DNA of 64,000 bases from Dimorphilus gyrociliatus (taxonomy: Eukaryota; Animalia; Annelida). The translations under genes were made by a program, and so were the position numbers. The DNA lies in NCBI GenBank assembly GCA_904063045.1, contig CAJFCJ010000015.1, positions 1-64,000 on the forward strand, written 5' to 3'. Positions 28,781 to 42,393 of the stretch are shown here, piece after piece; position 1 is the stretch's first letter; the number at the start of each line of letters is the position of its first letter. Below the pieces are notes generated by a model, which saw nothing but the letters and a program-made list of their open reading frames with translations, was not told the DNA's origin and did not search any database.

Positions 28781-30026
28781 TTATGAAAATTCTGCAAAAT
28801 TTTATGATCACTAACGAATATCTTCTATATTTCATTTTAACAAAAAGAGAGAAGTGACTAAAACTTTGCAAAATTTTCTCTTTTATTATTATTTTTTACA
28901 ATCTAATTTTTATAGACAACAAACGTATATATATTAATAATCTATTTTAATACTTTATGTATTTATTTATGGCACTTTCAATGCTAAATGAAAGTGTTTC
29001 ATCTTTTTTTTCCCTCTTTTTCCTTTTGATAAAGGAAATCTCTCTTATTAGTAGATCTTAAAAAAAAAAACAAACATAATTTTCTACCCTTTTACCCCTA
29101 ATCTCTTAAGCGTTGTATATTGTTGTCATATTTACTTCATTCAAAGCAACAACAAAAATATGAATAATATTCACACTTTCATAATTAAATGACTATAGTT
29201 TTTAAGTCTTTTATTTATTTATTTTTTTATAGAATTCTTTAATTTGGTCACTTAACACCTTTTTTTGTATTCAATATATTTCAATGACGTAACTTGACGA
29301 CGAAATTATTACTGTGTTAATAAAAAATGAAAGAGAAAGAGTAATATTCTTGAATTTAGCATTAGAAACTTCTACGTTCTACGTTTAGCGGACTATATAA
29401 ACTATACATTAAAATTGTATTGTCCTTATTTTGACGAAAAGTTTTCTTTTAAAAGGAAAAAGAGAAGACAGAAGAGAAAAAGGAACAACCGAAAAAGAAA
29501 TCAAAATTATGCTCCATTCTATGATTTAAATATACAAACTTATATATTTAACAACAAACATAAGGTCGATTTCTAAGAAACATATAACATTTTGTCCAGT
29601 GATTCCTGTTTCATTAATTCTGATTGCCTTATCACAAAGACTTATTGCTAAATTGAGCAATTTGTGCCAAATCTGTGATAGTATTGATATTTTCACTCTT
29701 TCATTAACTAATTTTATCTTTATGATAATTGTTTAGAGATATTTTGTGTGTTAAAATCGACTCATTTTTTTCTGTTAAAATGAGGAATAAGTTTAAGAAT
29801 AAATCAAGTTTTTAACTGTTTATTTTATAGTTACAGATAAAAAGGGAAAAACTAGTAGAGACATCTGTTAGTTTAACTTAGATTAATTAGTAACTACTCT
29901 ACAAAAAATGACAAAAGAAAGGGAGACAGTAGAGTAGTTTTCGTATATAATAAGAACGTTCGAAGAATGAAGTAAAAGTTTTTTTTGGAAGCTATACGAA
30001 ATAAATTAGGATTGAATAAAGAAAAT

Positions 30027-30654
30027 ATGTATTTCAAGAATGATCTTAAAAGAGTAAGATCATTAATTGTTTTCATAATCTTTTCAATGTCCTTAAATTT
30101 ATTTACTGAAATTTACACACCGAATTTCTGGTTCGCAAAAGAGTATAACGATAATACCTTATTATCGTACAAAGTTATACCAGATAATTATAATATGCAT
30201 AGAGATTGTGGTTCCTATAATGAAAAATTTGCGGAAGATGGATATAAATGTCGTCCTATACCAGACTATATATCAATTGTAAGATGGCAATTATTCGGTG
30301 GTATATTTTTCCTAATGATTAACTTTGTTTGCGTACTATTTATCGTGTCTGGAATACAAAAACATCCTTTATTACGGCAAACAATTTTAGCTATATGTTC
30401 ATCACTTTTAAGTAAGTATTTCTAACTTTTATGTTTCTTTTTATATATTAGTGAAAAGTTAATATTAATTAAAAAAAATTGTATTGAATACAGTATTAAT
30501 CTCTTTTTCGAATACGATTCTCATTGGCTGGAATTGGATAAACCTATATGGATCTCTTGTAATATGCTGTAACTTTGTACAAGTTTCAATTGTTTGTCTC
30601 TGCTACTCTCATATACAGGATTTAAAGGAATATAATTCAGAAGAAAGTTATTAA
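30027..30654 (+). CDS. Small four-TM protein, claudin/PMP22-like topology, family not recognised
   Basis: Exons 30027-30411 and 30494-30654 join in phase 1 to give 181 aa, with four hydrophobic segments and a first loop containing W and two Cys. Confidence 0.7.
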
Positions 30655-31663
30655 AAAGGTATTTTTTTTGTAGATTCTAATAGTATTTTTATATTTCAAA
30701 TAAAACACAAATTTAAAAAGAATTCTTTAATCTTTTTCTTCGACATTGAAATCGCTACATTTTCCTATTATACAAGAGTTTTTACTTATTTCGCTATATA
30801 TAAAAGGTATTCTGAGAGAAAATATTACACCGACAAATATAAATTGATTAATCTAGTATAAGATATTTATATAGCATTAATCTTCTACTATAATCTATTT
30901 TAATTGAAGAAATATGAAGGCACCATATTGTATTCAAAAGCAAAATAATTCAATATCTTCAAATTGAGAATTATCTTATCTCTTTTCTCTTCTTTTTTAA
31001 ATAACTCAAGTTATATTTTTTTATGTTTCTTGCTTTTTAAAAAAAAAATTAACAATAATGTTGTTCAAGAGCAGTTGTCGTTTTTCTGTTTTTTTTTAAA
31101 TGCTTCGCTAAACTGTAAAAGATAGAAGATGATGAATTGGAAATTTGAAATTTCGTGAATAAATTGAATGATAGAAAATACAATGTATCTATCTCCCTTA
31201 AAGGAAGTATTTTTTTTCTATAGAGAAGATGCTATGCTTTGTTGGTTTTGATTTTCTTCAAGTTTAAAAAAAAATAAAATAGATAATTTTCTGTTTTACT
31301 TTCAACAAACAAAAAAACGAAAAGGCGGCAAGTAAGCAATGTTAACTTACTAAACTTTAGAGATTTTTTACATATTACTACAAAGGAAATTGGAAAAAAG
31401 CATTGGATTCAATTTTTCAAATTTAGCGGTAAGACGATTATAAGCAAATCCATTTTTTATGGTGTACACGTTCTGCCTCTCCTCTCTATCAGTGAAGATT
31501 TAAACAGATGCGGAAGTAGTAAAAGATTTTGCTACTTGCAACCTAACTTTTCGTAGAACGTATGTGTTAAATGTAAGCAATGTATGTCTGCATGAATGCT
31601 GCATTGAATCTGAAATTTTTTTTTGTGTGTCAAAACTTATTCACAAAAGAACTTCACAACGCT

Positions 31664-33828
31664 TCAAAACTGAAATTTGTCTGTGCAACCATTCGTCGTT
31701 CCATCTGCAAGAAATTTATATTGTCCATCTCCAACAACAGGAGCCACTTCCTTATCTTCTTCATCGCTTCCAAAGTATTTTTCGATAATATTGTAAGCCT
31801 TTTGATATAGTTCTTGGTTTTCGTGGCTTTGTAGAAATTCTATTTTATCCAATCCGTAACATTCTTCGACAATGGCAGCGTAAGGGTTGATTCCAGATCC
31901 ATTTTGTTTTGATTCGCTGAGTCCCAGTTTAAGTATATTTTCTAAACCGCTAAGCGCTACCTGTTTGATAAAAAAGCTTAGTATTTTTTTTAAAACCATA
32001 AAAACATGTACTATAAAACAAAGATTTTTAAAAGGTTTAGGTAGGGTTACTGACCTGAATAATTTTAGCATCCATAACAGTTAGAAGATTGCACAATTGT
32101 GGAATACAGCCTTGTTCAACCAAATAATGAATTTGTTCATTACTTCCACCAGACGTAGCATTTGTAATTGCCCATGCAGCTTCTTTTCTAGTTTTAAAAT
32201 CCCCTTTTCCCATTATCTCGATAATCATTGGAAAAATATTTGAATCAATGACATGCTGAATCTGGTCTCGGTTTCCAGCTGATATATTTGATATTGTCCA
32301 ACAGGCTTCTTTTTTTATTGACTCTCTACTGTTACTTAACAAATGAAGGAGGCTAGGCAGTGCAGAGCACGTAATAATTATCTTTTCGATGAAATATGTA
32401 AATTCAAATTTTAATAAAAATATTCCACATTACAAATTAATATAATTATATTCTTACTTGTGTTTGAATATCATCTCCAGTAACAATATTACCAACTGCT
32501 CTTAAGGCAGCCGAAACAACTAGTTGTTGATTTGACATTAACAGCTCAACCAATCTTCGACAAACGCCGCTGTTTATAACTGCTTGTATCTTTTCGTTGG
32601 ATCCATCGCTTAAATAACTTAATGCCCAACAAGTGTCAGCCAAAACATCACAGTCTTGATGAAACAATAACTTTGCTAAGACAGGTAGACTTTGAGACAC
32701 AATGGCAAAATCAGGGGATGGATTCTTCCCTCTGCACATATTTGATAAACACCATACAGCATTTCGAGTCATTGAAATTTTCGATGCAGGTTTCAATAAT
32801 AACTGGAGTAAAGGTTGTAATATATCTTGTCTATAATAAAAATTGGATTATTTATTATGGAATTGAAAAAAATTATCTTTAATGAAAAACTCACTTTAAA
32901 ACATAATCTCTGCATTCAGGGCCATCCCCGGCAATATTTCCAAGAGCCCATACGGCTTGCTCTTGAACATTTTCAGATTGGGCACTCAATAACCTTATAA
33001 AGAGAGGAACTGCCCCAGAATTTATTACTACGCGAGTTTGAGCTGAAGAGCCACTGGCTATATTTGTTAGCGCCCAAGCAGCTTCAAATTGTAGCTGGGG
33101 ATTAGTGTCATCCTCTAAAAATTGTACAAAGATGGGAACTACACCAGCATTAATAACTTCATCGATCGGAGGATTAGGTTCTGAAAATATTATTGAATAT
33201 CAAATAAGATATAATAAATTACAAATTAATCATATAATATAAATAGTTGCTTAAAAGATACAAATTTTACGATTCTTTGCTGACTATATATAATTTGCTA
33301 CAGCAGTTCTACAGTAAATTAACTTAGAATAATAATAGATGGCATTACAAAAAGACGTTACCTTTAGATAAAAGCTTTCTAAATTTTTGGGTTGCATTAA
33401 GCATTTCCTTCGGATCTCCTGAATACAATGCTTGAACCATGTCAGCGGTAATTCCCGACTAAATTAGGAAAAAAAATTTGATCATTATTTTGATAAAATT
33501 CCTATAAAAAAATTACATATTCCAAAGAATCTGGATGTTGACCCAACAGTGAGTCACCACAATGCTGGGTCGAATCAGCAACTGCATTATCATCGTAGAC
33601 ATTCCTTCTTTTGGACAACTGCAACGTTTTAAGGAATTAAGTATACAAAAGAATCTTGTTTTTCAGGATGTAAACAAAAAAATTCTGATGACAAACCTGT
33701 TCTTCTCGTTTTTGTTTGCGTAACTGAATTCCTTCTTCCTCTCTCCTCCTTCTCATTTCCTCTGGGTCTTTTCCTTTATTCTTGAATTGACCCATTCGGT
33801 TTGAACCATTCGTTTTATCATCCGCCAT
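31664..33828 (-). CDS. KPNA: Importin subunit alpha, alpha-1 clade (KPNA1/5/6-like)
   Basis: IBB domain [25 protein letters not shown] repeats ([27 protein letters not shown]), [16 protein letters not shown]-terminal FQF*; 5'UTR intron 33837-34697. Confidence 0.96.
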
Positions 33829-35402
33829 ATTTAATCTAAAATTCCATTATGTAGAACGTGTTAACAAGTACTATTGATAAATATATATATATATATTCGT
33901 TACAACTGTTTTTGTTATTAGATTATTAATCTATAACGCTGAAGAAATGATTTGACTAAAGGTAATAAAAGCAGAGTTCCTAAACTGAAATATTGAGTAA
34001 TATTTGTAGTTCTATGTTGTTACATCTCTACGTTAAGTCGTGATAATCGCCAATATACTTTATATACTGTATATGTATATATTTGAACAAATAGTGCTAC
34101 AAACATGTAGAATTTAAATTATTCTCTTTTTTATTATCTACACTCGCAAAAAAAGTTACAACTTTCTAAAAGGTAATGTTTTAATTCAGTATCAATTATT
34201 CTAGTATCAAAGGACAAAAAAGATGGATATGTCGTCTAGAAGAAATCGAATGTGATTTAATCTCGGACAGAACGCTTATCTGAAATTGTCTTATTTGAAA
34301 TCGATTTAAAGGAAAACTTACATGTTCTTAATAAAATATAGCTAATTCTTCTGGCAAAAAGTCTTCATTTTTTATTAGTCTTACCAAAAAGAATAAAGTG
34401 AAATTATATAGTAATATGCATAGGAAATTATATCTCCGCAAAAAAATGTGGAATATCTGGCCTATTTAAATTACATCAATATAGTATACTTTCACTAAAT
34501 TAAGACTAATTATACATTATATTTATGTAATCATGCTCACGATTTATTTAAAACTTTTCATCTTATTTAGACTTTTCAGGGAATCAAACATGAAAAATGA
34601 TGTTGACTTGTATCGGTTACAAATTCAACAACTCTTTTAAATGTTAATTAATACAACTAATATTAATACTTTAGAGGAAAAAAATGATAAAATATACCTA
34701 GCACCGGTAAAATTGAGAGAATTCGGCTGAAAAACTGGAAAAATTAGAAAATCTCGTGGGTTTATGGACTAACGGAAATAGACTCTGCGCATGAGCAGAA
34801 GAAAATAATAGGTATAGCTAACAACCGTAAGGTAAGAAATACTTCAAAAAGTATTGACTGTTATATTTATTCTATGTTGCTAAAAAACGTATTTACTTAT
34901 TTATTCGCTAAGTGAAAGTTTACAAATTATATTGATTTTTCAATATTTCTTTCTTTTTAGAGGAAGCGTGCAGAAAATATTTTTCAGAGAGACATGAACA
35001 AAGTTACAAGAAAATGTTTATGACTTTCTAAAGATACAAACACATATATACAGTATATATATATATATATTAAACGATCTCCAACTATGTTGATTCACAC
35101 CGACTTTTAAAGTAACAGTGCATTAAGATAAATAAAAATTATATCGCCTGATCAATAGCTTCGGATTGAAGTTTATTTGTTAAAATTTAAGCCATCTGTA
35201 ATGAGGTTAATCTTTCTGATTACAATAGTTGAAAATGTTACATGTCCATAATAATAGTAATATCACAATAAGTGATGACTTAACGAATGAATTGAATCGT
35301 AAAATTCAAGACAAGAAATTTTAGACGATCACAAACTTCTTTTTTATTATCTACAAATTTCGCATATGATATATGTCAATCTTTCCTTGCTTTTCCTTAT
35401 TT

Positions 35403-37564
35403 TTAATGTCGACTCTTTTTTGAACCATGATCTCTGGATCCTTTGTCATCAATAGGACGTTTGTTAGAGCTATCGTGAGTTTTAGCCTGTTCCAAGAAAT
35501 CATCCAATCCGAAGGGATCCTCTTCCTTTTCAAAAGCAACAGGTCCCTCTCTGTTACTACCTCCCTCAGTTCCGCTGAAGCGTTGATCAGGAACAAATCT
35601 GTTGCTGTTAACAATCTTTTCATAGTCGTCTCCATACATGTCTTTATCAGAGTTTCTGCTTGGAACATATATTCCCTTAGAGATATTTTTATTTTTATTC
35701 CATGGCTCATTATAAACATTATAAGCGTCATCATCTCCGAAACCACTATCCATTCCACTAGTTTTTCCAAATAGACGTTGATCAAATTGAGAGTCAGCGG
35801 ATGGTTTAGAGACTTGAGGTCTACCAAGATGGATTTGTTCAGAAATATCACGATCTCTATCTCTCAAAAGTCTATTTTTCTTATCTGGAGCAGCACGACT
35901 AATATTCTTTTCCCTAGTTCTCTCTTTTCCTCTGATTCTACGAAATTCATCTCTCTCTTTGGCTTCTTCAGAAACTTGTCCTGATCCGTGATTATAACTA
36001 GATCGATTAACTCTTGCTTTTTCAGCAACTTTCAACAAGTTTTCTTCTTTCTTCTCTTTTTCCATCTGTGCTGTCTTACGTTCCATTTGGGCTCTCACTT
36101 CAACAGCTTCTCTAGCTTTGCGATCAGCAATGTAGAGAGACTCAGCCAATTTTGCAAAATTTTCATTAATGTGTACACTTTGTAAGCCCCTTCCATCGGC
36201 AGCTAATCTTTTATCAAGAGGTATGGTAAACCCTTTAGCATTCTTCCAATGTGAAATACTTGGTGGAATCTTCCATTCATTTTGCTCTTTAACTGTTGGT
36301 TTACGAGGTGGAGAATGCATAACAGGAGCTGGTGGTGAGGGCGGTGCTCTTGGTATTTTTGAATTTGTTCTTAAAAAAAAAACAAAAAAGGACACAATGT
36401 AACCCAGTGATTAATAAAGATAAAATATTCTTACTTAAATCTAGGTGGTTCCATTGGATCTTGTTGGGCTTCCACCATCCTGATAATTCTTTGTTGGGCT
36501 CCTGAGTTGTAAGAATTACCTTGTTGTGATGGAGTGTAACGGATGTATTGAGCAGGTTCTTGCTTTTCTGCTCTCTTTGTAGGATTGGCAGCTGCTATTT
36601 TTCCTGCAACCAATTTTTCGAGGGCTTCTCGTGTTTTATCAGTTGTTTCTTGTATTTCTTCTTCGTCTGGGCGTTGTAATTCAGGATCATCATCATCGAT
36701 TGGTTTCGGTAAAAGGTCTTCAAATCGTGAGTGAACCACCTGCAATTTTTATATTTAACATTGCGCTAGAAAATAGTATTATATATATGTATACCTTATT
36801 TTTACCATGACCATACTTGGCAAGAGCATCGTATCTAACTTTTCCCTCACTATCAACTTGTAAAGAAAGAGCATTTGAAGATTGTTTCTCCTTTCCTAAT
36901 CCTAACGGATATTGAGCGACGTGGATCTCGGGAAATGCTCCTCCATCGCAATAGTCGTCCTCTTGTCTTGGTATCCAACCTTTTCTATGACCATAAGGAG
37001 GAATAGCCTTCGAAATTTTAGGAATCTGAAAGTTAAAAAGAAATTTAGTTTGTAAGCTCAATTGAAAGAAAAGTTTGATATTTACCACATTACGAGATGT
37101 TTCCTTTTCCTCATTGTCCCTATCGTAATTTTGTTGGACAGGTGCAGGCAGCAAGCTGAAGGAAAAAATTTGATAAAACTGTCAGTTTCAATACTATTAT
37201 GCCTAAAAAATTCATTTATAATTCAAAATCTGCGTAATACATTTTCAGATCGTAGATCATCATATAAAGTACAAATTTTTGCCCAAAATATAGTATCAGT
37301 CTCTTAATAAATTAATTTACTATAGCTTTTCAATGTTTTATCAAGCAACGCAAATGGGATTATGGCAAACGTCGATAAAACGTTGACAGCGTGCGATCTT
37401 AATTTAAGTTATATATTAGAAAATATCTTTTTACTATAAAAATCCATAAAGCTACTCTAAACGTAATTTTAAGTCATTCTACATCATTAAGTTACTATAA
37501 ATGAACAGTAATACGTCTTAAGCTTCAAATTATACCTGGATAGCGATATCGCGGCCGTAGACAT
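35403..37564 (-). CDS. SNW1: SNW domain-containing protein 1 (SKIP/Prp45)
   Basis: First exon 37564-37536 MSTAAISLS(S)|LLPAP; PPYGHRKGWIPR, GGAFPEIHVAQYPLG, PAQYIRYTPSQQ, PLDKRLAADGRGLQ, REGPVAFEKEEDPFGLDDFL. Confidence 0.97.
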
Positions 37565-37867
37565 TTTGAACGGAAATGGTATTCCTAAAGTGAGCTCACT
37601 GGATGAAAGACAAGCTCCCGCTTTTTAATACAAATTTAAAATTCAGTTAATTATTTAATTTAATTAGGACGACTGCCTTAGATAAGAATTTATTACACTT
37701 TAATTATTAGAGCAATGTCTAAAAAGAGACTTAACAAGTACCTATTCAAATTTTTCAAGAATTCTAACTTTTTTACGGAATTTAGACATACCAAAACTAT
37801 GAATTGATAGAAACAGTAAACTTTAAAATATTAGAAATAATGAAAAAGTGAATTAAGCTTATTCAAA
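37565..37867. promoter_or_regulatory. Head-to-head promoter SNW1 / TUBGCP6
   Basis: About 300 bp between divergent ATGs. Confidence 0.5.
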
Positions 37868-40800
37868 ATGGAAAATTCCTCTTGGGAAAAAACTGCCGAT
37901 GAAACAAACGATGAAAATTGCAAGACTACTGTTTTAGGATATTCCAGATCTCTAACAACTTTGCCCAATACAGACAGGCAATACCGATTTTTCGACGATG
38001 CCTTATTTCGAGATGTTTTAACTGTCGATGATATCTCTGTAAAATTAATTCAAATACCAGAAAAAGTTAGTAAAAAGATAAAACATCTGCAAAAATATAT
38101 TAATTATAACCACATTTTAGGTTTTGAATTTAAGACCTGGATCGGCTACTTTCTTAGAAGATTCAAATTCATCTACTATTTATGAAAATGACCTTAAGCG
38201 ATCTCTATTTTTTGCTTTGCAAAATGTTCCTCTTCGCGAAAATGATAACTTTGTTGCTTTGGATATACCTCCTCTTGAAGATAAGCGTTTCGTTGGATTT
38301 CCTTTCGAATTCCCGTATGAGAGCTCTTCTACACCAGATGCCGGCTTTCATTCTCAAGATGACGAAGAGTTTGAAACTTTACTACCTCAAGGTTCTTGTT
38401 AGAATGTTGCATAAATAAATTAAATTTTACATATTTCGTAAATCACAAAGTTATCATTACTTTTCGTTATTTCAGTCACAAAAACAATGAAACCCTTTCT
38501 ATCAGAGAGTGAACCAGATGACATAATATGCTCATACAAACGTTACCTATCCATGCTGAGATATCTGAATAAAAAGTCCTCTATATATTCTCCTGATATC
38601 CTGACTGATGTTGAAACATTGACGTTCGCTTTGCAGCATAGTTTATTAGGTTTACCATCCGCTCTTGTCGATATGGAAAATAATCAATTGACATTAAAAG
38701 AAGGAGTACGTGTAAAATCATTTTCTCAAGAGGCAATTTTATCGCTAGCTCAGGAGTTTCTTGATCATGGCAACCTCTATTTGGATTTACAGTATTGGGA
38801 TCCTACGAATATTATGCAAAAGACTTTACAAAATGGTGTACAGAGATTTTTAAAAAGGTACTCAAAATTTATATTATCTTTGACCTGCAAACGTCCAATC
38901 GAACTACTAGCCACTGTAAAAAATGAAACCGCAAGCTTAAGATTTATACACGACCTTTGCGGAACAAGAGAATTTAGTGGAAGAGGTCTAGTTAATGACA
39001 TTTATAACAAGAGTTTAAGATGTTCATCGATAGATGAAGAAATTATTTGTCAACACTTACTTAAGGCAACTAGTTCACCATTTACCAAAGCTTTATACAA
39101 GTGGATTGAAAATGGTATTAGTGATGATTTATTTGTCTACGTCAATCACTCATTCAGTTCAGAATCAAATAGAAGCTACTGGTTGAAAGCATACGAACCA
39201 GTTGAAATATTCCCCATTATTGATAAAGAAACTTATAAAATGGCTTTAATATGTGGAAAATCTATAAATTTACTTAGACGACTGCAACCTGATCATCCAT
39301 TTTTACAAATCTCATCAGGACCTTCTTCTCTCCCTCGTTTATTTTTAACATTTGACTATTATTCCTTAAATAAGATTGAGTATCACTTGAATGTTTATGA
39401 ATCTAACGTTAGAGCTATACTAGCTGCTGATAAAATGAAGAGGGAAGCAATATTTCGTAAAAAGAGAATTTCTAAAAGAGATTTAGTAGTTAGAGCTAGA
39501 AAAACTGCTTTAGAAAGAACAAAAGCTTTTGAGGAGAATAAACGAAAGCGTCTATTAAAAATAGCTGAAGATAAAAAAATATTGCTTCAAAATTTTAAAG
39601 AGCAAATGGATAATGAAGTTGCCGTAAGTTCGATACAAATTGTTGTTAATATAATACATATACTAATATATTTTCCTTTATCTATCCTATTTAGCGAAAG
39701 CAAGAAATGAAAAAACTTGAAAAAGAGAGAGATTTACAAATATTAGAGGAAAGTAGGCAACTGGAAGAAGAGCAGTTAAAGGCATCCAAGTAATAATTAA
39801 TTATACTAAATATCTTCTTTCTATTTTTTGTTTTATAAATTTAAAATAAATTTGTATTTTAGAGAAGAAATGGAAAATCAATATTCAAAATTATACGCTC
39901 AAGCTGAAAGACGGGAGAGAAGAGCTATATGGCGTCTACAAAGACTTAAATTACATGATCAGCGAATTAAATTGCATTTTGAGGAGGATGAACTATATAA
40001 AACTATACTAAAAGAATTAGGAGTTAAGAAAGAAGCTGCCCCTATTGATTTAAAAAATTTTGAGGCTGCTAAAATTCCTGTAGCCTTTAGGGATACAGTT
40101 TCTTCTTTGATTAATGCGGAACCTGTTAAAGTTTATCCGGCTCCCTCGTCGAGTGAGAAAGTTACCTCTCAATCCCAAGATGAAGTTTTGGAAAAAATGG
40201 CATTTAAGCCCAAGAAAATCTTGCCTCATGATACTGCAGGTGATATTATTTATAATGAAATTCAAGAAATTGAAGAATTTAAACGAACAACAAAAGCCGT
40301 TGATGGCCAACATCCTAATAAAGAAAGTGAAGTATCTGAAAAATCGATAGAATCCTCTGTCCGCTCTATTCCTAATAGTCATGTCAGCCAAGAGTCTAAG
40401 AACACTGAAGAGGAAAAGAAAACTGTTAAAAGTGTTGCTGGTCATCACATGACTATGGAGAGTCAAACCCCGGAAGAATCTTCTCTTCCCTGTAGAAAGA
40501 TAGTTGCAGGTAGAAACATTCATGAAGAATCATCAGAAGTATCATCAAAATCAACAATAAAAATTTCCAATATGAAATCGACCACTGAATCAAAGCCAGA
40601 AGTAGTCAAACCTCCTCGAAAATCTTTTTTTGGACATGTTTCGGATCTATCTAAAGCTGATTATACTTATGATATACCGAAACTAAAAAGACCTGTAAAT
40701 TTAAATGCCATAAAGGAGACAGTCTCCATGGATAGATTTATTCCAAAAAGGAAAACTGTTTCCAGTCATTCGGTTGGCGATCAAACGAAAGAAACTGAAA

Positions 40801-42208
40801 CTCGTCACCACATTAAATTATACGCTGACAAACATGCATCGATAGAATCTGAGCTAATTGATACAGATGCTAGAAGATTAGAAGTTTTTAAGTTAAAGAA
40901 TAGAAGAGGCCATTCTTCGAATTCAACTATACAAAATCTATTATATTTTGATAAAAAGACCAAAACTGATGAACGAAAGCAGACTAGAACGATAAAAACG
41001 GAAGAAGAAATAATATTCGAATATGGAATATGGAATAGCTTAGATAGAATTAAATGGGAAAGTCCACTTTATAGATGCCAGCAATATATGCCACCGGAAT
41101 TATATATACCTGGCCAACCGAATAATCGAGAAGATAGCGATAATTCAGAAAATGAGATATTTTCCGAAAACAATCTAGTTGTATCCGTCACATCTGCCGT
41201 TTCCAGATGCTTAGCTACTCCTATCCTCCTACAAAAATCTCTCATTGATAATGCTCTCCTCAGTTATTTTATTTATGAGTTAGAATTTGATAAACATATT
41301 AAAACTGTTAGGGATTTTGTATTATTTTGCGATGGAGCTTTCGCCCATCAATTAGCCCATCAGCTTGCCTCTAGTATGGATGATTATGACAATTATAAAG
41401 GAGTTGGAAGTATTCTTCATCCGTATTTCTTGAAGGAAATACGAAATAAGTCTCTTACAGCCGCTGTCTCAAAAAGAACGTCGGTAGCATCTGAATTCGT
41501 TGATTTTCTAGTGACGGAAGAGGAAGATATAAATGACAAAGGCTCAAATGTAGTAAAACGATTATCTCTATCTTATAATGCAACTTGGCCATTGAATATT
41601 ATTTTTAGTGCTGATTTAATGCAAAAATGTAGCATATTATCAAATTTTCTACTTCAGCTACGTTACGTGGTAATAATTGGTCATTCGGTTTGGCTCAAAT
41701 GTACAGATCTTAGAATGAGAGAAGGTGCTAATGAAATGTGCCATTGGACACGAGTTTTATTAGATTATGTATCAATGCAAGTGCATTCAGCCGCCTGGAA
41801 GTTATGGAGAACAAAACGTAATGCTGTAAAAAATCTAGACAATCTACATGATTCTCTTTCTTCCTACGTAAAGTCTTGCTTAAGAAGATGTCTTCTAAAT
41901 GAAAAAGCCCGTCCAGTTCAGGCTATAATACAAAAGATGCTTTCGGTTTTATGCGACGTCTATAATCTATTAGATAAGGAGAACTCTGATGGTGAAATTT
42001 TAAAATGTATGCAGCTCTTCCACGGTCATGCAGTTTTCCTATTTAAAGGTTTTTATTATTTTAAAATATTCTTAATTTTAATAGAAAACTTTTTAAACCC
42101 CCTTATACAGTTATCAAGCAACTATCTGTTCGAGGTTATCAAACTCATCTCAACGAACTACTTCTTCGGCTCAATTTCAATGAATTCTATAAGAGTAAAG
42201 GAAAATAG
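37868..42208 (+). CDS. TUBGCP6: Gamma-tubulin complex component 6
   Basis: GRIP1-like N-region (FTKALYKWIENG...SYWLKAY...LICGKSINLL), coiled coil and long insertion, GRIP2 (HIKTVRDFVLFCDGAFAHQL, LSYNATWPLNII), final exon VIKQLSVRGYQTHLNELLLRLNFNEFY; start position less certain. Confidence 0.88.
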
Positions 42209-42393
42209 TTAAATTAGACAGTAATGCAATTTTTAAGACAAAGAAATATTATTCCAAGTATCAATAAATATGTTTTATACAGTTTTATTAATAATTGTCA
42301 TTTGACAAAATAAAGCCGAAATTTTGTTGTTTTAATTGAATTATTTCTAGATTATCTTTCTTATAAACGTATAAATTAGTATATTAAATATTA

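Noticed and set aside
28773-28784. CVIM (CaaX-like) near the RPGR end
   Set aside because: It lies in a different frame and is not followed by a stop codon.
35351-35851. 166-aa ORF overlapping SNW1 in another frame, and antisense ORFs at 35427-36402
   Set aside because: Shadow ORFs of a real coding exon with no recognisable protein features.
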